Positions 38,345 through 47,743 of a stretch of DNA of 64,000 bases are shown piece after piece; the first letter of the stretch is position 1, and each line of letters starts with the position of its first letter. The notes below the pieces were generated by a model that was not told the DNA's origin, did no database searches, and was given only the letters and a program-made list of their open reading frames with translations. Made by a program: the position numbers and the translations under genes. The stretch is taken from IMG/VR virus record IMGVR_UViG_3300028048_000060, positions 32,001-96,000 of that record, one strand, 5' to 3'. The stretch is from a virus (taxonomy: Duplodnaviria; Caudoviricetes).

Positions 38345-38874
38345 ATGATTATAGAAAGAAAATTAGATAAAAGAATTAGAGATTTTTCAGATGTTCAAAC
38401 TGCTATTCGATTCAATGACGAATTGATTGGTGAAAAAGGTTATTTTACATGTGATTTAACTGAATTACAGGATTTAACTGAGTGTACTTATTCAGAACTG
38501 GCAGAGGTCGATACTTCTGGGGATGATAATATTTTTAGAACTCCACGTGATGTTAAGCATGGTTATTCTGGATATAGTTTTTTATTCCTGAAAAACTGTT
38601 ACAGGAAGTTAAAAAGAAATACAGAGCCTTTACAAGTGAAGAATTTTTAAACTTGTTTGATACAGGCAAATTACGCTCAATCAGACAGGCAGATGCGAAG
38701 GGAAGGTATATCATAACTGATATTTATTTTAGTGATAGTTGTGGAGAAGATGAAGTTTATGTGTGTTTTGATTGTGGTGAGTGTGGTTATGATATGAAAT
38801 ACTTATTAGAAAATGAATTTGAATACTTTGACGGAACTGAGTGGAAAACTTTTGGAATAGGAGTTGAAGAATGA
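38345..38874 (+). pseudogene. LDKRI-family two-domain gene interrupted by a -1 frameshift at T TTT TTA (38578-38584)
   Basis: The -1 frame restores FFIPE...KYRAFTSEEF...WKTFG family motifs. Confidence 0.7.
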
Positions 38875-39254
38875 TTACAAGAAACTACTTTCATACTTTA
38901 GAAGAGTGGATTCCTTATCTAAAAAATATTAAGTGTAAGAAGTACAGAATAAACACTTATGGGAACTATTGGAATGATGGTTCATTTAAACGTTTCATTG
39001 AAACATTCGGCGAAGAAGATGAAAAACTTAAAAAGTCAAATGTGTGTAATATCGAAGTACATTCTTTTATCGACACTGTAGTTATTGATGTTGACTACAT
39101 AAGGTTTTACAAAGATTCTAAAGATGATATTATTGCAGATTTGTGGGAGAAACTTTACTGGAACAACACAAATGCTGATAGAATGGAAGAACTGTTTAAG
39201 CGTTGTCAAGCAGGACTTGCATCTAAAAGTGATTTTGAATGGGAACAGGGTTAA
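38871..39254 (+). CDS. Hypothetical protein; possible frameshifted C-terminal extension to 39349
   Basis: The -1 frame continues LTEECEDEFFSQPYEVEKKEKTVKVVEYVKRS. Confidence 0.55.
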   Translation: MITRNYFHTLEEWIPYLKNIKCKKYRINTYGNYWNDGSFKRFIETFGEEDEKLKKSNVCNIEVHSFIDTVVIDVDYIRFYKDSKDDIIADLWEKLYWNNTNADRMEELFKRCQAGLASKSDFEWEQG

Positions 39255-39350
39255 CTGAAGAATGCGAAGATGAGTTCTTCAGCCAACCTTATGAAGTCGA
39301 AAAGAAAGAGAAGACAGTTAAAGTAGTAGAGTATGTAAAGAGGAGCTAAG

Positions 39351-39860
39351 ATGAACATTGAGTTAGACAGAAGAATTTATAACATAGAGGATATTCAATC
39401 TGTAGCGACATCAAATGAAGATGACATTGGAAAGAAAGGATATTTCTCTAATTCTATTCTTTATTATATGACTATTTCTTCTAAGAAACTTGTATATGGG
39501 ACATTAGAATCATTGAAAGAAGATGATAAGTGTTTTGTGACAAATAACAAAGCATATCGTTATTTTATTCCTGAAGAAGACATAATGCCTATTGAGGACT
39601 TAGAAGAAATTCTAAGACAAGAGGAACATGAAAGGAACAAGAGCCAAGAAGAGATAGAAGAAGAGCAGGACTACTTAGACTTTTGTAAAATTTTCTTTGT
39701 GTGTAGCGACTTTGATTCTAGAGGGAATTTCCAGCCAGGAAAGTGGTCCAAGCTAGACAAGACTGAATTTCCGTTTTCTGAAGAAAGAAAAAATTTCTTG
39801 ATGATGAAGTTTGTAATTGGTATTACAGACCCAGAGAGTAATCCAAGAGTAGCCGAATAA
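39351..39860 (+). CDS. LDKRI-family paralog with a different C-domain
   Basis: LDRRI, KKGYF, YGTL, YFIPE. Confidence 0.75.
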   Translation: MNIELDRRIYNIEDIQSVATSNEDDIGKKGYFSNSILYYMTISSKKLVYGTLESLKEDDKCFVTNNKAYRYFIPEEDIMPIEDLEEILRQEEHERNKSQEEIEEEQDYLDFCKIFFVCSDFDSRGNFQPGKWSKLDKTEFPFSEERKNFLMMKFVIGITDPESNPRVAE

Positions 39861-39869
39861 GGAGTTAAT

Positions 39870-40469
39870 ATGGAATTAGATAAGAGAATTAAAGATGGAA
39901 GAAGACCTTTTAGTTGTATTGACATAAGGGAAGCTATACAGTTCATTGAAATGAAAGGTTACTTTGCTAACGACCTTGGAGCATTTAAATATCTAGGATT
40001 CACAGACTATTCACAAAGATTTACTTCCCTAAGTTATGGAACTCTAAAGGAAGTAGACAATGACAGTGAAAAAGCATTTTCTGATGAAATCAGTCATAAA
40101 TTTAATTATTTCTTACCTGAAGAGTGGATAGAACCAGAACAGAAGTATAGACCTTATACTTTAGACGAATGGAAGAGAACTCATGGACTTGGAACTGAAG
40201 TTGTCTTTAGGAAGAAGAGAAAAGACTTAGAATCAGCAGAATCAGCAAAACCAGTTATGCACAGAGTGTTCTTAGGATATGATGAAGGCAAACATTATCT
40301 TGAGAAAATCCATTTAGGATACTCAGCATTTACACTCTACACACTGTTCGAAAAGTATGAAATCTATGAAGATGGAATCTGGAGAACTTTTGGTGTAAAC
40401 TGTAAGTCAGATAATCCAGTTTTAAACAAGATTATCAGAGATGCTATCGACAAAGTAAGATGTTATTAG
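39870..40469 (+). CDS. LDKRI-family paralog (two-domain)
   Basis: LDKRI, GYF, YFLPEEW, KYRPY, WRTFG. Confidence 0.8.
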   Translation: MELDKRIKDGRRPFSCIDIREAIQFIEMKGYFANDLGAFKYLGFTDYSQRFTSLSYGTLKEVDNDSEKAFSDEISHKFNYFLPEEWIEPEQKYRPYTLDEWKRTHGLGTEVVFRKKRKDLESAESAKPVMHRVFLGYDEGKHYLEKIHLGYSAFTLYTLFEKYEIYEDGIWRTFGVNCKSDNPVLNKIIRDAIDKVRCY

Positions 40470-40523
40470 TTATAATATAAGACATAAGGATTTTTATTGA
40501 AGTTAAGTCAAGGAGAGAATATA

Positions 40524-40700
40524 ATGAGACATCTGAATAAAGATAATTTATATAAACTAACATCAAAGGTAGAAGGTTCTATATACAGAACAGAACCATT
40601 TAAAATCACTGATGTTGGTGAACTTTTAGCATTACAGGAAGCATTAAGATTATTATACATTTTAATTCAGAATGGACAGATAGACATAGATGAACAATAA
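40524..40700 (+). CDS. Small hypothetical protein
   Basis: ATG after AGGAG. Confidence 0.5.
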   Translation: MRHLNKDNLYKLTSKVEGSIYRTEPFKITDVGELLALQEALRLLYILIQNGQIDIDEQ

Positions 40701-40717
40701 GTAATAGGAGAACGATA

Positions 40718-41194
40718 ATGGACAAGCGAATTTTAAAGAACCCTTTAAGTGGATTTGACACTGACGAAGTTAAAAGATGTCTTTATACTTCTAAGAAAGG
40801 ATACTTTGGTAGTTATGTTGACGACTTCGAAGATGTCCGTCAGTTAACATTTGGAACTCTGAAATGTGTTGAAGATGGATTATTTTCTCCTGATGACGAA
40901 GAATTTTATTCATTCTTTTTACCTGAAGATTATGTGAGTCCTGAACCAAGTGAAGAGTACAGACCTTATACTTTAGAAGAATTTCGGTCTAAGTTTCCTC
41001 TTCTTTCACCTATAACATTCAGAGAAAAAGATGGTGGAACTGTCTATACTCAGTGTTTCTTAGGATATTATGACTTTGAACCATTTGTAACCTTAGGTGC
41101 TTGTGAGTTTCACTTAGAAGAACTGTTTAAAGAGTATGAACTCTTAGACTCTGAAAATAAGTATGTCCCATTTGGAACATTTAAAACAGAGTAA
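40718..41194 (+). CDS. LDKRI-family paralog (two-domain)
   Basis: DKRI, KKGYF, FFLPE, YRPY, VPFG. Confidence 0.8.
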   Translation: MDKRILKNPLSGFDTDEVKRCLYTSKKGYFGSYVDDFEDVRQLTFGTLKCVEDGLFSPDDEEFYSFFLPEDYVSPEPSEEYRPYTLEEFRSKFPLLSPITFREKDGGTVYTQCFLGYYDFEPFVTLGACEFHLEELFKEYELLDSENKYVPFGTFKTE

Positions 41195-41206
41195 AGGAAT
41201 AAGTTA

Positions 41207-41710
41207 ATGAAGTTAGATAAGAGAATTAAAGATGGCAGAAGACCCTTGGACTGTGTGGATATTGATGTAGCTAAACAGTTTATAGGTAAGAAAGGATATT
41301 TTGCTAACTGTCTTGGAACATTTCAGGATCTAGAGTCTGCAAATTCAGAAGATCCATTAAAATATGCAACTTTAAAGAAAGTTGACATGCATAGACTAAC
41401 AGCATTTACTGATGATTTTGATGGTGAATCTTCTTATTTCCTTCCTGAAGAATGGGTTAAGAAGCCTGAAAAGAAGTACAGACCTTATTCACTAAATGAC
41501 TGGATTGAACAGCATGAAATAGGCGATATTATCCATTATAGAAGTAAGTATGGAACAGAATTACGTCACATGTATTTAGGCACACGGCATAAGCCAGAAT
41601 CTGTAAAAATCACTCTTGGTGATTCAAGTTACAGTTTGGAGCGTCTTTTTGAAGAATATGAAATTGAAGTCAACGGCGAATGGAGACCATTTGGAGTGAA
41701 GGGTGAGTGA
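41207..41710 (+). CDS. LDKRI-family paralog (two-domain)
   Basis: LDKRI, KKGYF, YFLPEEW, KYRPY, WRPFG. Confidence 0.8.
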   Translation: MKLDKRIKDGRRPLDCVDIDVAKQFIGKKGYFANCLGTFQDLESANSEDPLKYATLKKVDMHRLTAFTDDFDGESSYFLPEEWVKKPEKKYRPYSLNDWIEQHEIGDIIHYRSKYGTELRHMYLGTRHKPESVKITLGDSSYSLERLFEEYEIEVNGEWRPFGVKGE

Positions 41711-41942
41711 TATTATAATTTGTGTCGTTATGTTTGTTCTTCTATACTGTACTCTCACTTGTTTTCATCTTGCATATAAACTATCTGTGATGCAGAAAGC
41801 ACTTGAAACTGTCTTAGCTAATATCAAGAAAAGTGAACGAGAAGAAAATGACTTCCAAAAAGGAGTTTTTACTGGTCTTCTAACTTTCTATACAACGTAT
41901 TTTGACAGTAAGAAGTTCTTGGAATCATTAGATAAAAATTAA
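41703..41942 (+). CDS. Small protein with N-terminal transmembrane helix
   Basis: Hydrophobic N-terminus. Confidence 0.55.
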   Translation: MSDIIICVVMFVLLYCTLTCFHLAYKLSVMQKALETVLANIKKSEREENDFQKGVFTGLLTFYTTYFDSKKFLESLDKN

Positions 41943-41977
41943 AATATTGTTTATTATATAAAGACATAAGGATTTTT

Positions 41978-42235
41978 ATGATTGAAACATTACTCGACTT
42001 TTTGTGTAACTCTTCTGACTTCAGGAAGGAACACAACTTGGGATTCATTGTTAGAGATGAAAATGGAAAAGAACTCTGTAACTCTAAGGAGACTAAGACA
42101 TTAGAAGACTGGATGAACAATCCAGTCATTAACATGGTTGTTACTAAGTCAGAAGAAACTGAGTCTGATATTATCATTACTGTTGTTGACTGGGATTGGA
42201 ATAACGAAGATGAAACTTCTAAACAAAGTGTCTAA
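41978..42235 (+). CDS. Hypothetical protein
   Basis: ORF with RBS. Confidence 0.6.
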   Translation: MIETLLDFLCNSSDFRKEHNLGFIVRDENGKELCNSKETKTLEDWMNNPVINMVVTKSEETESDIIITVVDWDWNNEDETSKQSV

Positions 42236-42665
42236 GTTCTTAGAGAATGAAAATACTATCTTTAATCTAAAGGAAGAGATAAAGAGACTCCAAGATGAAC
42301 TAAAGTATACCCATGAAAGATATGACGACAGTATCGAACTCAATGAAAATGAAGAAAGGCGATTCCAAGAACTTCTAAAGAAATATGAAACTAATTTTAA
42401 GATAGACTACCATAAACTCCAAGAATACGAGATTATCATAGACTGTTTGAAGAAAAATGACCTTAGAGTTGCAGAACTGTACCTTGGAAAAGACCATTTA
42501 GAGTTCTATAAAGAAGAACTGGAAAAGGAAAAGAAAGAAAACTCTGAACTCAGAGAGGAAAATGAACTGTTTAAACAGTTTATCGACCAGTTACCTGATG
42601 GGTTTAAGTTGTCTTGGAAGTTGTTTAAGGATTTAAAAGGAGAAAGAGATGGAAGAAAACAATGA
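42210..42665 (+). CDS. Coiled-coil hypothetical protein
   Basis: Start moved to MKLLNK. Confidence 0.6.
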   Translation: MKLLNKVSKFLENENTIFNLKEEIKRLQDELKYTHERYDDSIELNENEERRFQELLKKYETNFKIDYHKLQEYEIIIDCLKKNDLRVAELYLGKDHLEFYKEELEKEKKENSELREENELFKQFIDQLPDGFKLSWKLFKDLKGERDGRKQ

Positions 42666-43167
42666 CTTTAATACTAAAAAGAACTATGACAAGGAAAAGA
42701 TTAAGTTCTTAGAAGAGCATCTTAATTCAGGACATACTAAGGAAGAACTGGATGCGATGTTCAAACAGGAAGTTATTGAAAAAGACAAAAAGGAAAAGAC
42801 CCTGAAATTCAAGGAATTAGTGGAAAAGGAAGCAAAGTTGTCCTACCATAAATCAGACCAAAAAGAAACAGACGACTACAACACTTTTGAGTACAATCTT
42901 AGTATTAGTAGACCGTGTACATTAGGAGCATTTGTTAATCTTTTAGCCTTAGAGTCTATCAACAGTGACTGGAGAACTGTTGTAGAGTTTAACCGAGGTA
43001 AGTCTTTAGGCACTGTTTTAATCTATATTCAAAATGGTGAAGTAGAGAGTGAAACTATGGATTACTTTTGGCGTAATAAAGCCATAGAAGGTGACAAAGC
43101 ATTCTGTGACAGAGCGGACAAAGTAGAGCGCCTTATCGTAGTTCCTCTGAAAGAAAGACTCTACTAA
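42649..43167 (+). CDS. Hypothetical protein
   Basis: ORF with AGGAG RBS. Confidence 0.65.
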   Translation: MEENNDFNTKKNYDKEKIKFLEEHLNSGHTKEELDAMFKQEVIEKDKKEKTLKFKELVEKEAKLSYHKSDQKETDDYNTFEYNLSISRPCTLGAFVNLLALESINSDWRTVVEFNRGKSLGTVLIYIQNGEVESETMDYFWRNKAIEGDKAFCDRADKVERLIVVPLKERLY

Positions 43168-43227
43168 TGTACTATTTATATTTTCTCTTTATGAAAAGTT
43201 TGAGCCATATCAAACTTTTCATTCAAA

Positions 43228-43280
43228 TTTTACTTAAACTCAAATTTTTCCTTGAAAATTTCTTCGATTTTTATTATAAT
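43228..43280 (+). promoter_or_regulatory. Early promoter repeat
   Basis: TTTTACTTAAACTCAAA; TTGAAA-N17-TATAAT. Confidence 0.8.
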
Positions 43281-43312
43281 ATAATCATAGAAAGACAAAA
43301 AGGACATAGAAA

Positions 43313-43612
43313 TTGGAAATGATTAAGGAAACCACTATGACATACATTGAAACTTACTTACTCTTAGAGTATCTCAAAGAAAACTTAGACAAAGACTTAG
43401 ACGATGTTGTTTCTGAGTTAGAGGAAATCAGAGATGGCCCTGACCCACATAGCATCGACATTGAAGAAAAGTTCGAGTCTCACAAAGCAAGATTATTTCT
43501 GAGAATGATTAAGAATCTCAGAGAAACAGTTCACATCTTTAGTGTAGACGCAATGGTGATTATCTTAACTGAGAACTTGAAGTACACAAATGACTACGAA
43601 AGATACGATTAA
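43313..43612 (+). CDS. Hypothetical protein, paralog of 37697
   Basis: Shared pattern. Confidence 0.6.
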   Translation: MEMIKETTMTYIETYLLLEYLKENLDKDLDDVVSELEEIRDGPDPHSIDIEEKFESHKARLFLRMIKNLRETVHIFSVDAMVIILTENLKYTNDYERYD

Positions 43613-43874
43613 GCTGACTAAGAAATGTGAGGAGTTTTCCCAGAAAGTCTCAAACGTTGAAAAGATGTTTGAAGAAATGTCAAAAGAAAAGAAATTCCTC
43701 TTAGAGCTAGACAAAGAACAACGAAGAAGACTCTTAGAAGTCCTGGTTCAGTCAGATATCAGGTTTCCTTGTTTGGTACCAGTTGTTACTAAGTTAGGAC
43801 AGATGGTTGAAAAGGAAGATCCTGAAGCATTTAAGATGATTAGTTTTATATTATATCTAAAGAATCAAGGATAG
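43590..43874 (+). CDS. Hypothetical protein
   Basis: ORF track. Confidence 0.55.
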   Translation: MTTKDTIKLTKKCEEFSQKVSNVEKMFEEMSKEKKFLLELDKEQRRRLLEVLVQSDIRFPCLVPVVTKLGQMVEKEDPEAFKMISFILYLKNQG

Positions 43875-43879
43875 AGAAA

Positions 43880-44119
43880 ATGGTTAGTTTAAAGGATTTC
43901 TTAAAGATTATGGAAGGTTCAGAAGTGACTCTTTGTCAGAGTTGTGACACTGAGATACTTGAAATTACTCCAACTAACATGAACATCTATGTTAATGGAT
44001 GTACATATTTCTCAGTTGAAGAAGTATACAGAAATGTTAAGAATCCTAAGGTGACAAGATGGGCATATACTCAGCCATACTTAGATAACTCATTTCTTGA
44101 AATTTGGTGTAAGGCATAA
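43880..44119 (+). CDS. Hypothetical protein
   Basis: ORF track. Confidence 0.6.
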   Translation: MVSLKDFLKIMEGSEVTLCQSCDTEILEITPTNMNIYVNGCTYFSVEEVYRNVKNPKVTRWAYTQPYLDNSFLEIWCKA

Positions 44120-44130
44120 GGAGAAAAGAT

Positions 44131-44346
44131 ATGGAAAAGGTCACAATTAGCAACATTATTGGCTTCTTAGACCCTAATAAAAAGATTAGAATTAGATACA
44201 AGACCGGGATTGTCTATACTGGAAGCATAAAAGGAATAGAAAGGAGTAAGAACAAACTAGCACTTAGAGATGTTATTAGCAAAGACAGAATCACGTCAAT
44301 GGACATTGTAAATGGAATTTTAACTTTTGAAGTAAGGCTTGGCTAA
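44131..44346 (+). CDS. Small protein, tandem paralog
   Basis: IIGFLD...KIRI...VY.G...ITSM shared with next ORF. Confidence 0.7.
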   Translation: MEKVTISNIIGFLDPNKKIRIRYKTGIVYTGSIKGIERSKNKLALRDVISKDRITSMDIVNGILTFEVRLG

Positions 44347-44543
44347 TGGATATCACACTTAAAAGCATTATAGGTTTCTTAGATAGTAAAGAGAAAATTA
44401 GAATTGTAAAGAAAGGAGAAGTTGTTTATTCGGGATTGGTTAAGGACCTCTTAAAGAATGAGAACAAGAAAGTCTTGGACGCAGTTGAGTCCAAGATTAC
44501 ATCAATGTACATAAATGAATGCTTGACTGTTGGAGTGGAATGA
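44346..44543 (+). CDS. Small protein, tandem paralog
   Basis: Shared pattern with previous ORF. Confidence 0.7.
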   Translation: MDITLKSIIGFLDSKEKIRIVKKGEVVYSGLVKDLLKNENKKVLDAVESKITSMYINECLTVGVE

Positions 44544-44746
44544 TGAAGTATTTCAGAATTTCAGAAGAAGATTTAATTAAGTTAATCGAAAATGCTAAGT
44601 TCTTAGACGCATTGGAGTCGTATGGATTAGACAACTGGGATGGCTATGATATGGTCGAAGAACACGAATACGAAGTTTCAGAAGAAGACTACGAAGAGTA
44701 TGGAGCCATTTTGGAGACTGAAATAGACTTTGAGATGGAGGGTTAA
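44540..44746 (+). CDS. Hypothetical protein, paralog of 19754
   Basis: G.DNWDGY motif. Confidence 0.65.
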   Translation: MMKYFRISEEDLIKLIENAKFLDALESYGLDNWDGYDMVEEHEYEVSEEDYEEYGAILETEIDFEMEG

Positions 44747-44748
44747 GA

Positions 44749-44961
44749 ATGGAAGATATCGAAGGATTCAGAATAGAAAGACCTAACTCGGAACTTAACT
44801 TATCAAAGATGGGCAAATGGGAAATGTCCCAAAGTCCTGAACCTGAGTGTACTGGAAGATGCTTTGGGTGTCACAACAGTCTTTGTGTAAACAGTATATT
44901 CCCATATGAGGAATTAGAAAGAATAGAGTTAGAGGAAATAAAAGATGACAAAAATAAGTGA
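44749..44961 (+). CDS. Small Cys-containing hypothetical protein
   Basis: C...C..C....C spacing. Confidence 0.55.
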   Translation: MEDIEGFRIERPNSELNLSKMGKWEMSQSPEPECTGRCFGCHNSLCVNSIFPYEELERIELEEIKDDKNK

Positions 44962-45148
44962 CCTTATCGCTCTACTAAGAGCAATTGAATTAGAACATGG
45001 TGATATTCCTGTTAAGTATCTTGCTGGAACAAACCCTTATGGCGACTGTGAGTATGAAGATGTAGAAATCTGTGAGTTTTCTTCAGATAAGGACGAACCA
45101 CAGACCAGTGATAACCCTTGTGCAGATGGATTTGCTCTTATTGAGTAA
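44945..45148 (+). CDS. Hypothetical protein (HGD.PV family)
   Basis: Paralog of 22356 and 27598. Confidence 0.65.
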   Translation: MTKISDLIALLRAIELEHGDIPVKYLAGTNPYGDCEYEDVEICEFSSDKDEPQTSDNPCADGFALIE

Positions 45149-45528
45149 TGGAGACAAAGATGAAGCAAATAATTCATACAGGATTTGGATTTGAATTTGG
45201 ATGTCCTGATATTCTTGGAAAAATAAACAAGATTACGGAAAAAGATAATGGTTTAGAGGTAGATGCTACAATGGATACTGAAAAGTTGAAGAAGTTTATG
45301 GAAAAATTAGATGCTTGGGAAAATAACGAGATAGATAGTCCTGAAACTCAGCATGGTCTTAAAATGAAAGTGGAAATTTTAGATACATCTAATCCATATA
45401 GGAGCCAGTCTAATTATGAGACCCTCTCAAAAATCGAGAATTTCTGTAAAGGACACTGTGTCTTAGACATTAAATTCTTTAAGGAGAGTGAAACATCAAC
45501 GTATGTCACAGTCGTTTACAAAGATTAA
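45148..45528 (+). CDS. Hypothetical protein
   Basis: ORF track. Confidence 0.55.
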   Translation: METKMKQIIHTGFGFEFGCPDILGKINKITEKDNGLEVDATMDTEKLKKFMEKLDAWENNEIDSPETQHGLKMKVEILDTSNPYRSQSNYETLSKIENFCKGHCVLDIKFFKESETSTYVTVVYKD

Positions 45529-45612
45529 AATCCTTTAGTCTTATATAATAAAACACAATCTAAATGTCTTTAAGGGTCTTTCTAAGACCCTTTCTTGTCT
45601 TTTCTTTAGAAA

Positions 45613-45665
45613 TTTTTCTTAAACTCAAATTTTTGCTTGATCTTAAACCCAAAATACATTATAAT
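45613..45665 (+). promoter_or_regulatory. Early promoter repeat
   Basis: TTTTTCTTAAACTCAAA; TTGATC-N17-TATAAT; preceded by hairpin 45572-45593. Confidence 0.85.
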
Positions 45666-45705
45666 AATAAACATAGATAAGAGATAAAGGATTTGGAGAG
45701 AAAAG

Positions 45706-45858
45706 ATGACAGAGATAGTTTTAATCACTTACTTAGTATTATCCTTTGGATATGCGTTCTATGTTGTGTTCTCTGCTAGAGAACAGGACTCTGGTTTTGC
45801 TATTGTGGTGTTGCTGACCACTTTAGTTATTACATTTAACTATCTTGGAATCCTTTAA
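45706..45858 (+). CDS. 50-aa two-transmembrane protein missed by ORF track
   Basis: MTEIVLITYLVLSFGYAFYVVFSAREQDSGFAIVVLLTTLVITFNYLGIL; GGAG RBS; first gene after promoter. Confidence 0.6.
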   Translation: MTEIVLITYLVLSFGYAFYVVFSAREQDSGFAIVVLLTTLVITFNYLGIL

Positions 45859-45870
45859 GGAGAAACGACA

Positions 45871-46287
45871 ATGAATATCAACGCTATCACAGACATCAAA
45901 AATGTACTTTCTAAGGAAGACTTCGAAGAGTTCGACAAGACCTTTTGGGAGCATCCTGAAGAAACCATCAAGTCTATCAAAGAACAGTATAAAGAAATAC
46001 TGTTTATCCATGAAAATACTCCATGCACTTGTAATCTCTTCGGAGAAGACTACGAGACTCCAAGCGGAGTAGTAGTTGTGATGTCTACTGACAACATTCT
46101 AAGCACTAGACGTTTCAAAGAAGGGAAAACAGTGTTCTTTCCAGGAAAGATTTTAGAAGTCACACATAATGAACATCCTTCAGGATTCTGTGAACTCCAT
46201 ATAAAGACTTTCCACGAAGGTCCTTGGGGAGACTCGGTGATGTTCTTTACTACTGAGTATGAAGATGGGATTCCAGGAGGATTATAA
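45871..46287 (+). CDS. Hypothetical protein
   Basis: ORF with AGGAG RBS. Confidence 0.7.
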   Translation: MNINAITDIKNVLSKEDFEEFDKTFWEHPEETIKSIKEQYKEILFIHENTPCTCNLFGEDYETPSGVVVVMSTDNILSTRRFKEGKTVFFPGKILEVTHNEHPSGFCELHIKTFHEGPWGDSVMFFTTEYEDGIPGGL

Positions 46288-46508
46288 TGGACTTTTATAA
46301 CTCAACAGTAAGAGATTGGATTAAGCACATCCCTAAAAGATTTGGAGTTTATGTAGTAGATGAAGAAGGATGGAGTAACGGAATTACATTCGAGAACGTC
46401 GACTATATTCCAGGAATAGACCTAGTTCCTAACAGGATAGAATTCAATATTATTCTTAGAACAGTCACATTCTTCGTATCTGATGTTAAGGACCCTGAGA
46501 ATGTCTAA
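46287..46508 (+). CDS. Hypothetical protein
   Basis: Coupled ORF. Confidence 0.6.
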   Translation: MDFYNSTVRDWIKHIPKRFGVYVVDEEGWSNGITFENVDYIPGIDLVPNRIEFNIILRTVTFFVSDVKDPENV

Positions 46509-46707
46509 ACTGAGCAAAGCTAAAGATGACCTCAGGTTTCTTAAAAGAAGACTAGAGGAAAAGGAAGAAGACTGTAATAGTCTTTGGTGTAGTCTGGAAG
46601 AAGACTATATTAAAAGAGAAATTAAGGGTCTTAAAAGACTAATCACTTACACAGAACACTATATCTTCACTGAACAGATGAAGAAGAATTTAAAGGATTT
46701 AAAATGA
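46501..46707 (+). CDS. Coiled-coil hypothetical protein
   Basis: Start moved to MSKLSK. Confidence 0.55.
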   Translation: MSKLSKAKDDLRFLKRRLEEKEEDCNSLWCSLEEDYIKREIKGLKRLITYTEHYIFTEQMKKNLKDLK

Positions 46708-47003
46708 CTTTATATCATATAATATCAATACTTCTTGTCTTTAACTTAATAATGAGTATCGTTCTTATCATTATCAATGCAAACAGTGAAGGCAGAACAC
46801 CTAACGCAGTTTGGGATTTTATTCTATGTGTGTCTGTGTTTATTTGTATGGGTTTAGAAGGGAAAGCCATTCCACAGAAACCTGAAACAGAATATGTGGA
46901 ATGTATACGTTACTTTCAGAATAACAAGATAGAAGAACCAACTAACGAAGATGGTTCAAGACTGTGTGCAAAGTATTTAAAGGAGCAAAAAGATGCTAAA
47001 TGA
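46704..47003 (+). CDS. Membrane protein
   Basis: Two hydrophobic segments. Confidence 0.6.
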   Translation: MTLYHIISILLVFNLIMSIVLIIINANSEGRTPNAVWDFILCVSVFICMGLEGKAIPQKPETEYVECIRYFQNNKIEEPTNEDGSRLCAKYLKEQKDAK

Positions 47004-47283
47004 AAAAGAATTTTGGGAAACTGTCTGTGTCTTAGATGTTATCCCTATGGCATCAGATGAAGTTCTTACAATCAATGAAGTCCAATTTGAACCTTTTGAG
47101 AAGTTGAGCGACCTTAGAGATGGGACTCTAGGACTCTTAACAGGAATGACCTCAGAGCAGTTTAAACAGATATTAGTGAAAGAGACTCTTAGACAAAAGA
47201 TAGACTCACATCTGAGAGACTTAGTCAGAAGAGGATTTTATGTTGCTATAGTTGGTGATTTATTTGCGAGAGTGTACAAATAG
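46993..47283 (+). CDS. Hypothetical protein
   Basis: ORF with RBS. Confidence 0.6.
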   Translation: MLNEKEFWETVCVLDVIPMASDEVLTINEVQFEPFEKLSDLRDGTLGLLTGMTSEQFKQILVKETLRQKIDSHLRDLVRRGFYVAIVGDLFARVYK

Positions 47284-47302
47284 GAACTTTAGGGAGACAA
47301 AA

Positions 47303-47515
47303 ATGACCTTTAAAGAATTAGCGGAGCAATTTCTAAAAGACAACCCTGAAGGGATTTGGGTCCATTTTAATGATGACATAGACGAACGTTCTTATTCTGA
47401 ACGCTATCTTGATGAATACTACTTAACAGATTTTAACGACGTTCTTGATAAGGAAGTCAATGGCTACTTTATTGACGATGATTGTGATTATGAGATTTTG
47501 GAGATTTTTTGGTGA
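47303..47515 (+). CDS. Small hypothetical protein
   Basis: Start moved to MTFKEL after GGAG. Confidence 0.6.
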   Translation: MTFKELAEQFLKDNPEGIWVHFNDDIDERSYSERYLDEYYLTDFNDVLDKEVNGYFIDDDCDYEILEIFW

Positions 47516-47536
47516 TTGGCGATTGGGGAATTTTAA

Positions 47537-47731
47537 ATGATGCTTGATGAACTTATTGAAAGACTCTGTGAACTTAAGAGAGCATACGGTGAACAGGAAG
47601 TTAAGTTGCTCACCCAGAAGGATGCTTGGTCATGGGACGAACACTGCATTGATGGCACTGGAGTCTATTTTAGTGGAGACGATAGAGCAGTTGTTATAGA
47701 AGGAAAAAACAAGACCGAGAGTAGAGAGTAA
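47537..47731 (+). CDS. Hypothetical protein (ELI..L...YG..V family)
   Basis: Paralog pattern. Confidence 0.6.
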   Translation: MMLDELIERLCELKRAYGEQEVKLLTQKDAWSWDEHCIDGTGVYFSGDDRAVVIEGKNKTESRE

Positions 47732-47743
47732 AGAGTAAATAAA

